Below, one piece after another: positions 16,819 to 22,149 of a stretch of DNA of 22,149 nt. The position numbers were made by a program, and so were the translations under genes. Under the pieces are notes generated by a model. It saw nothing but the letters and a program-made list of their open reading frames with translations. It was not told the DNA's origin and did not search any database. Origin of the DNA: an uncultured archaeon (GTDB taxonomy: Archaea > Aenigmatarchaeota > Aenigmatarchaeia > CG10238-14); NCBI GenBank assembly GCA_964392445.1, contig CAYMPD010000019.1, forward strand, positions 1 through 22,149, in the 5' to 3' direction. Within the stretch, counting starts at the first letter, position 1. Each line of letters begins with the position of its first letter.

Positions 16819-17535
16819 TTATTCTGTTTTATCTTTAAGATATTCTTTCATACCTTTTCTGTCCTTATTCTTCTTTTCCACTTCTAGAATTTTCTTGTAA
16901 TTGGGATCATCCATTTTTTCTATCTTTTTCTTTGCGTCTGGAATGCTGTTATTGGAGAGGATTTTTTTGTAATTGGGTCCTTCTTTTTTTTCTTCCTTTT
17001 CCTCTTCCTTCTTTTCCTCTTTAGGTTCTTCCTTCTTTGGTTTTTCCTCGGGTTTCTTTTCTTTTTCCTTTACTTCTTCTTTTTTCTTCTCTGGTTTTCT
17101 CTCTTCTTCTTTTGACTTATCTTTTTTTTCTTCCTTAGGAGCTTCTTTAGGTTCTTCCTTTCCCATTAATGCCGGCAAACTTTTAGAGCCCTCTTTAATA
17201 ACCTTACAATTAACCTGAACAATGTTCTTACTTATAGTATTCCCAGCAACCATCTTTCTTTTTCTCATACCTGCTCTCTTTGGATGAAATCCGGGTGGGT
17301 GTGAAAGCACTATTTTCTTCCTACCCATTCCATGAAGTTGCGGGTGCATTGGGAATCCATCTTTATCTGTTCCACCAGTTATTTTGATCTCATAACCAGG
17401 TAAACCTATCAAATCACCATTAAATTTATCTCCAATCTTTTTACCAACTAATCCTGCAGCCTTGCTTTGATCCACTTCTAGGTTATAACTCTTCCTAGTT
17501 TTTGGATTTGCAATCACAAATTTAAACGAAGCCAT
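16819..17535 (-). CDS. rps6e: 30S ribosomal protein S6e with a long K/E-rich linker and an extra C-terminal helical domain
   Basis: S6e core LVGKKIGD, KITGGTDKDGFPMHP, RKRKMVAGN and VQVNCKV (aa 1-120), then about 115 extra residues. Confidence 0.95.
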   Translation of the reverse strand: MASFKFVIANPKTRKSYNLEVDQSKAAGLVGKKIGDKFNGDLIGLPGYEIKITGGTDKDGFPMHPQLHGMGRKKIVLSHPPGFHPKRAGMRKRKMVAGNTISKNIVQVNCKVIKEGSKSLPALMGKEEPKEAPKEEKKDKSKEEERKPEKKKEEVKEKEKKPEEKPKKEEPKEEKKEEEKEEKKEGPNYKKILSNNSIPDAKKKIEKMDDPNYKKILEVEKKNKDRKGMKEYLKDKTE

Positions 17536-17595
17536 ATTTTTATCACCATTTATTTAATAACTCTATGAATTAGAAGATTTAAAATTAATAAGTGT

Positions 17596-18531
17596 TTACC
17601 CCAGTTTCTTACAAAAATGCTTCACAACATCATAATACTTCTTTTGGCTTAATTCAATGATTTTTCTAATTTGTTCCTCATCATGCCCTGACCTTAATTT
17701 AAGCATCTCTCCTAGGATTTCGTCCCCTTTTTTCTTTATAATTTCTGGTGTTTCTATTTTCGCCAATTTTTTCAATTCCTTATACCACTTAATCTTGAAC
17801 ATCTTAAAAGTAACCCAACTCATATTCAGACCAATATAGGTTAGAAAAGCGTCATCTAGGACATGTTTCTGATCTTCTTTCAAGGCTTTTATTATGTCTT
17901 CTTCTGTATATTTTATGTTTTTAGCATCTTTTAACGAAAGTCTGTAATTTTCGTATAATTCCTCATCATACCCAAAACTCATTGCACGACTATTAGCAAA
18001 TATATCTTTTATGTAAAGTACTGTGGTACTGGTCACACGCACAAAGGACACGAATAACCTCTCTATGGTAAATGGCTTAACTTCTTTGTGACTTTCAAGT
18101 AATTTAATTATATTCTCCCCGGATTTATCTATTTCTTCTTCAATTTCATCTTCTATACCATCAAGTTTATTTAACAAGTGCATTAACTCGTGTGCGAAAA
18201 GGCCCTCAATCGCGTTGTAATTCATCTCCTCGAATATTTCTTCACTGGCATTTAGCATGATTATAGGAGTCTTTCCTTTTACCCAATAAGTGAAACTGGG
18301 GACGTTCTCTGTTATCCATTCCCTGAATTCTCCATGTCTCCTCACCTTTACTTTAGGTAGAAGAATTTCTTTCGCTATTTTAACTGGGTTAGTTGTTACG
18401 TATATTTCTATTTTCTCTAGATTTTTGACATGCGATCTTTTATCGAACTCCTTGAGAACTTTAGTTATAACGGTAGAAATGGTCCTGGCCTTTTGACCCT
18501 TTAAATCAATTCTCTTTACCACTTCAAGCAT
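17596..18531 (-). CDS. Hypothetical protein with an HEXXH zinc-metallopeptidase motif
   Basis: 311-aa soluble ORF. GLFAHELMHLL (HEXXH at 18178-18192) is preceded by the beta-strand PIIMLN, as in zincins. Confidence 0.55.
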   Translation of the reverse strand: MLEVVKRIDLKGQKARTISTVITKVLKEFDKRSHVKNLEKIEIYVTTNPVKIAKEILLPKVKVRRHGEFREWITENVPSFTYWVKGKTPIIMLNASEEIFEEMNYNAIEGLFAHELMHLLNKLDGIEDEIEEEIDKSGENIIKLLESHKEVKPFTIERLFVSFVRVTSTTVLYIKDIFANSRAMSFGYDEELYENYRLSLKDAKNIKYTEEDIIKALKEDQKHVLDDAFLTYIGLNMSWVTFKMFKIKWYKELKKLAKIETPEIIKKKGDEILGEMLKLRSGHDEEQIRKIIELSQKKYYDVVKHFCKKLG

Positions 18532-18589
18532 GAGTATTATTATCGGAGTCTGAAAATATATTTATTCGAACTTTTGCACCTATAATTAA

Positions 18590-18599
18590 CTTATAAATA
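18590..18599 (+). promoter_or_regulatory. TATA box of the four-gene frameshift operon
   Basis: CTTATAAATA ends 31 nt upstream of ATG 18631, leaving room for a short leader with the SD-like GTGTGA. Confidence 0.55.
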
Positions 18600-18630
18600 C
18601 CTGCGGACTATAGAATAGAGTGTGAGGAAA

Positions 18631-18865
18631 ATGACTGGTGAATTAGTTTGGTTTACCAAATTCAGCTCAAAAAGTGTTTAGAGTTTTATCTAGATCACCC
18701 TCGCTTTCTCAAAAAGAAATTAAAAATAAGACTGGGTTATCTATTCGTTCTGTGAAGGGTTCTTTGAAACTGCTTAGAGAAGAGGATATTGTTGAGGAAA
18801 TGCCTGTTTTTGAGGATATGAGAAGGAAGAAGTATGTTTTAAGAGGTGGAGGGAATGAAAGGTGA
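18631..18865 (+). CDS. Small wHTH regulator, 77 aa when assembled through a +1 frameshift at GTT-TGG (18646-18651)
   Basis: Frame 0 gives MTGELVWFTKFSSKSV* (stop 18679-18681). A +1 shift gives MTGELV-GLPNSAQKVFRVLSRSPSLSQKEIKNKTGLSIRSVKGSLKLL..., restoring an LPxSAxxV first helix typical of small archaeal wHTH proteins. The ORF track calls only 18674-18865. Confidence 0.75.
18637..18651 (+). promoter_or_regulatory. Recoding motif copy 1: GGTGAA-TTAG-TTTGG
   Basis: In-frame GGT GAA TTA GTT TGG after ATG 18631. The long ORF is in the +1 frame. Confidence 0.8.
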
Positions 18866-19548
18866 ATGTGTTTGGCGTTATAGGAGGATTGGGACCAGAA
18901 GCTACATCCAAATTTTACTTAGATGTTATTAGAAGATTTATTGAAAAATATGAATATTACCCACAAATGTTGATAGATAACGTATCTTTTCCCCAAAGAT
19001 TGGAACAAGAAATAATTCGAGACTGTAGGAATGAAAATGAAATATTGCCTTTTCTAATAAAAAGCGTAAAGAAATTAAACAAAAGTGGGGTCGATTTTCT
19101 AGTTATACCCTGTAATACTTTGCATATTTTTATTGAAGAATTAAGAAGAAAATCAGAAGTTCCTATACTAAGTATTGTTGACGAGACTACAAAAAAAATA
19201 AAACAAAAAGGATACGAAAGAATAGGTCTATTAGCAACTTCTAAGACTGTAAAATCAGAATTATTTGAAAATAGCTTTGAAATGATTCTCCCAGAGGATG
19301 AAGAACAGGATGAAATCTCTAGAATAGAACTTCGAATACTAAGGAATCAGGCTGCCCAGGAAGATAAAATTTTTATGGAGAATATCATTAAAAAGTTGAA
19401 AAATCAAGGTTCTGATGCTATAGTAGTTGGTTGTACCAATCTGCATCAGGTAATAGATACCAATGAGAATAAAATCGATATAATTGATACTTTGGAAGTT
19501 TTGATTGATTCTAGCTTTAAAAGAATGATAAGAGGTGAGTCGAAATGA
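18855..19548 (+). CDS. Aspartate/glutamate racemase family protein, 230 aa when assembled through a +1 frameshift at GTT-TGG (18870-18875)
   Basis: GVIGGLGPEAT, catalytic cysteine pair IPCNTLH and VGCTNL, and IGLLAT. SD GAGGTGG (18843-18849) precedes ATG 18855. Frame 0 stops at 18930-18932. The track uses GTG 18862. Confidence 0.85.
18861..18875 (+). promoter_or_regulatory. Recoding motif copy 2: GGTGAA-TGTG-TTTGG
   Basis: In-frame GGT GAA TGT GTT TGG after ATG 18855. Confidence 0.8.
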
Positions 19549-19899
19549 CTGGTGAAAGTTTTTGGGAGAGTTATAAGAACAAGAAGTGATCCAGCTCAAG
19601 GAGTTGCTAGAAGAAGAGCGCAGTATAGAGATGGACATGAACCTAGAATAACTAGAATTGATCCTTATGAAACCCTTAGTGAAAGAGAAAGAGAAATTTT
19701 AACACATATAGCTAGTGGTGGTTCTCATTATTTTGGAAATGTTACTCGTGCTCTCGGATTAGGTATAGGTTCTATAGATTCAGTTGGTCAAACGATGAGA
19801 TCAATGGTTTATAGACTTACTGGTGGAAAAAGACGGGGTGCCAGTACTGATAATCTTAGATATATTGCCAGAATGGCGAAATCAAAAGGTTTAATATAA
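19545..19899 (+). CDS. Hypothetical protein with a degenerate LuxR-like HTH, 117 aa when assembled through a +1 frameshift at TTT-TGG (19560-19565)
   Basis: ATG 19545 overlaps the racemase TGA (ATGA) and follows SD GAGGTGA (19532-19538). Frame 0 gives MTGESFWESYKNKK*. The +1 ORF contains LSEREREILTHIASG...ALGLG..SV...RL...ARMAKSKGLI. Confidence 0.65.
19551..19565 (+). promoter_or_regulatory. Recoding motif copy 3: GGTGAA-AGTT-TTTGG
   Basis: In-frame GGT GAA AGT TTT TGG after ATG 19545. Confidence 0.8.
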
Positions 19900-19912
19900 G
19901 AGGTGAAGAAAA

Positions 19913-20303
19913 ATGAGAAAAATAGGTGAATATATTTGGGGTTCTGGAAGATGGGATATTAGGACCGGAAAGAATCTTTGTCGTCAGAGGGGTTGAAGAG
20001 CCAGACTATTCCGATTATTCTTTCGGTAAAGTAAGGGGAAGTATAGGTGCTGGTTTAAGTGGTACCTTGTATTCTCGTGAAATACCAATAAGAAGATTTA
20101 TTATCGAATTGGGAATAGATGGGGAAGATTATCGAATTGGTACTAGAGTTCCTCTTGAATCCATAGACACAAGAGAATCATTTGATGGTATTCTACCAAG
20201 AGATTTAGATAAGATTAGAAAGTTAGTGGGTAAAAAAATCGTTATGAGATCGATAAAACCCTATAATTCACGGACTATAAGAAAATTAGCAAGGAAAAGA
20301 TAA
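19913..20303 (+). CDS. Hypothetical protein, 129 aa when assembled through a +1 frameshift at ATT-TGG (19934-19939)
   Basis: SD GAGGTGA (19900-19906) lies 6 nt before ATG 19913. Frame 0 gives MRKIGEYIWGSGRWDIRTGKNLCRQRG*. A +1 shift gives MRKIGEYI-GVLEDGILGPERIF... Confidence 0.6.
19925..19939 (+). promoter_or_regulatory. Recoding motif copy 4: GGTGAA-TATA-TTTGG
   Basis: In-frame GGT GAA TAT ATT TGG after ATG 19913. Confidence 0.8.
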
Positions 20304-20327
20304 TTTTACCTTTTCTTTTTTATTTTT
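20304..20327 (+). terminator. Oligo-T tract, candidate archaeal intrinsic terminator between the operon and ybaK-trpS
   Basis: TTTTACCTTTTCTTTTTTATTTTT directly follows the TAA at 20301-20303. Confidence 0.5.
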
Positions 20328-20347
20328 CAAAAATCTAAGTGATAAAC

Positions 20348-20836
20348 ATGTCATTCGTCGAGAAAAAAATCAAAAAACTATTGGAAGAGAAAGGGATAGA
20401 ATACAAGGAATACGAACACGAACCAGTTTACACCTGCGAAGTAGCTGATAAAGTAAGAAAAGGGATAAAAAGTGAAGACAAAGATGACTTCAAAAAAGGA
20501 GGAATAAAAAATCTACTTTTCCAAAAAAGAGGTGGAGAATTCATCATGGTCCTAGGTCCAGGAGATCAGAAAATAGATGAGGATAAGATAAAAGAACTGG
20601 AAGGGACTAAATTTATGAAGCTAGCAAAACCAAAAAGCGTGCAAAGGATAGTAGGTTGTAAAATAGGATGTGTTCCTCCATTCGGCCATAAGAGAAAAAT
20701 AAAAACTTACCTTAACAAAGAATTACTAGAATACGATTATCTGTACTTCAACCCAGGAAATCATTCCAAGACAATCAAAATTAAAGCTAAGGATTTACTT
20801 AAGTTAATTGAAAATCCAATAATATATGAGGGATAA
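20348..20836 (+). CDS. YbaK/ProX (INS superfamily) aminoacyl-tRNA deacylase
   Basis: YEHEPVYTCE, IKNLLF (conserved Lys) and GCKIGCVPPFG (GxxxP loop). The ATG at 20348 is preferred over GTG 20339. Confidence 0.9.
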   Translation: MSFVEKKIKKLLEEKGIEYKEYEHEPVYTCEVADKVRKGIKSEDKDDFKKGGIKNLLFQKRGGEFIMVLGPGDQKIDEDKIKELEGTKFMKLAKPKSVQRIVGCKIGCVPPFGHKRKIKTYLNKELLEYDYLYFNPGNHSKTIKIKAKDLLKLIENPIIYEG

Positions 20837-20837
20837 T

Positions 20838-21962
20838 ATGCCTGAATATCTAGTTACACCATGGGAAGTTAAAGGAAATGTAGATTATGATAAGCTAATT
20901 AAAGAATTTGGGACAGAAAAGATAGATAAAAAACTCTTGAAAAGGATAAAAAAACAGACAGAAAAATTGCATCACTTCCTAAGGAGAGGTATATTTTTCT
21001 CGCATAGAGACATGAATTGGGTTCTAGATGAATACGAAAAAGGAAATAAATTCTACTTATACACAGGCCGAGCACCATCAGGTCCAGTTCATCTAGGACA
21101 TTTGATACCATGGATTTTCACAAAGTGGTTGCAAGACAAGTTCGATGTTAAATTATTGTTCCAGATACCGGACGAGGAAAAGTACTTGTTCAAAGATAAG
21201 TTAACCCTAGAAGACACAAAAAAATGGGCCTATGAAAATATTCTTGACATAATTGCAGTGGGATTTGATCCTAAGAAAACAATGATATTTTTGGACACGG
21301 AATACGCTAAAACTATGTACAAACATGCTTGTAAAGTTGCAAAACACATAACCTTCTCAACTACTAAAGCAGTATTCGGACTAAAGAATTCAAATAATAT
21401 TGGAGAGATTTTTTACACAGCTATGCAATCAGTACCTGCATTTTTACCGAGTATAAGAGAAGGGAAAACAACTCCATGTCTAATACCCTATGCTATTGAT
21501 CAAGATCCACATTTCAGAATTACAAGAGATGTTGCTCCATTACTTGATTATCCAAAACCCGCGGCTTTGCATTGTAGATTCTTACCAGGTTTACAAGGGA
21601 TGTCCGAAGAAGGGAAGATGTCATCTTCTGTTGAATCAACCTGTATTTTTACGACTGATAAACCCAAAGAAGTCAAAGAAAAAATTATGAAGCACGCTTT
21701 TTCTGGGGGGAGAAGAAATGTTGAAGAGCATAGGAAATTGGGAGGGAATTCTGATGTGGATGTTTCTTATCAATGGTTAACATTCTTTGAAGAAGATGAT
21801 AAAAAACTGAAGAAAATATACGAAGATTACAAATCTGGCGACTTACTCACTGGGGAATTAAAACAAATTCTTGTGGATAAATTGAATGAATTTTTAAAAG
21901 AACATCAGAAAAGACGTGAGAAAGCTAAAGATAAATTGGAAGAGTTTATGTTGAGGGATTAG
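20838..21962 (+). CDS. trpS: Tryptophanyl-tRNA synthetase, archaeal/eukaryotic type
   Basis: VTPWEV, FLRRGIFFSHRD, YTGRAPSGPVHLGH (HIGH), IPYAIDQDPHFR, KMSSS (KMSKS), HAFSGG and LLTGELK. Start at ATG 20838 (SD GAGGGA) or 20826. Confidence 0.98.
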   Translation: MPEYLVTPWEVKGNVDYDKLIKEFGTEKIDKKLLKRIKKQTEKLHHFLRRGIFFSHRDMNWVLDEYEKGNKFYLYTGRAPSGPVHLGHLIPWIFTKWLQDKFDVKLLFQIPDEEKYLFKDKLTLEDTKKWAYENILDIIAVGFDPKKTMIFLDTEYAKTMYKHACKVAKHITFSTTKAVFGLKNSNNIGEIFYTAMQSVPAFLPSIREGKTTPCLIPYAIDQDPHFRITRDVAPLLDYPKPAALHCRFLPGLQGMSEEGKMSSSVESTCIFTTDKPKEVKEKIMKHAFSGGRRNVEEHRKLGGNSDVDVSYQWLTFFEEDDKKLKKIYEDYKSGDLLTGELKQILVDKLNEFLKEHQKRREKAKDKLEEFMLRD

Positions 21963-22149
21963 GGTTCAGTTAAGTATTGGAAATTTATATAAAGAATATT
22001 TTTATTTCGTTTTTAAAATATTTTTAAACTGGAATTTGGGGTTAGGTGGGGATTTTAGGAGGGGTAGTGGACTATTTAAAAGTTACTTTTTATTTGACTG
22101 TGGGACAAAAATAGTTAATCAATCTTCCAACACAATGACATAAGCCCTG

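Noticed and set aside
18638-19928. GTG within GGTGAA as the true start, giving similar N-termini MNVFG, MKVFG and MNIFG
   Set aside because: Copy 1 reads GTG AAT TAG, the SD spacing fits the upstream ATGs, and ATG 19545 overlaps the previous stop. GTG 18862 alone has a usable GGAGGG 8 nt upstream, so partial use there cannot be excluded.
18637-19939. The motif as a restriction-methylation site causing systematic sequencing indels, or as a transcriptional slippage site
   Set aside because: An R-M site would not sit at codons 3-9 of four adjacent genes in one phase, and the T runs (3-5 nt) are short for polymerase slippage. Only raw reads can fully exclude an artefact, and I did not scan exhaustively for other copies.
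18631-20836. Absence of Trp in the operon proteins as strong proof of Trp regulation
   Set aside because: Several unrelated cytoplasmic proteins in this window, including the 591-aa ABCE1, also lack Trp, so it is only weakly supportive.
2295-21690. Short antisense or alternative-frame ORFs in the track (e.g. 2295-2495, 2569-2775, 8372-8557, 12775-13023, 13662-13877, 13709-14116, 14474-14932, 16973-17218, 19339-19638, 20899-21111, 21490-21690)
   Set aside because: Shadows of well-supported genes. The F/S/L-rich ones are simply the reverse complement of K/E-rich codons.
21985-22028. AT-rich palindromes after trpS (AAAATATTTT)
   Set aside because: Expected by chance in such AT-rich DNA; probably terminator or promoter sequence.
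22119-22149. Possible C-terminus of a minus-strand gene (...RAYVIVLED*)
   Set aside because: Only about 10 codons are visible, which is not enough to support a call.
1-22149. CRISPR arrays, tRNA genes, IS elements or integrases
   Set aside because: I found no regularly spaced repeats, cloverleaf/T-loop signatures, transposase ORFs or terminal inverted repeats by eye.

Overview
AT-rich archaeal chromosomal segment, probably from a DPANN lineage (Aenigmarchaeota-like; inferred from the divergent 16S and gene content, not verified by search). Layout: (1) a minus-strand 16S rRNA gene, truncated at its 3' end by the window edge, with a 34-nt bulge-helix-bulge (BHB) intron in the 530 loop; (2) a surface-glycosylation cluster (cell-surface protein, EamA/SMR transporter, two GT-C-like membrane proteins, GT2, B12-dependent radical SAM, NDP-sugar epimerase); (3) ABCE1 and a small divergent wHTH module with two ORFs missed by the ORF track; (4) core information-processing genes (NusA-like KH protein, DgkA-like kinase, L31e, Spt4, Rpo7, PPase, PIN, aIF2-gamma, S6e); (5) a four-gene operon directly upstream of a YbaK-family deacylase and TrpRS. 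Main finding: all four genes of that operon share one architecture, SD-ATG-(1-3 codons)-GGT GAA NNN NTT TGG, with the long ORF in the +1 frame from the TTT-GG overlap. This suggests SD-stimulated +1 ribosomal frameshifting at a Trp (UGG) codon, possibly a tryptophan-sensing recoding switch next to trpS. The motif and reading frames are visible in the sequence; the mechanism and Trp dependence are inference.
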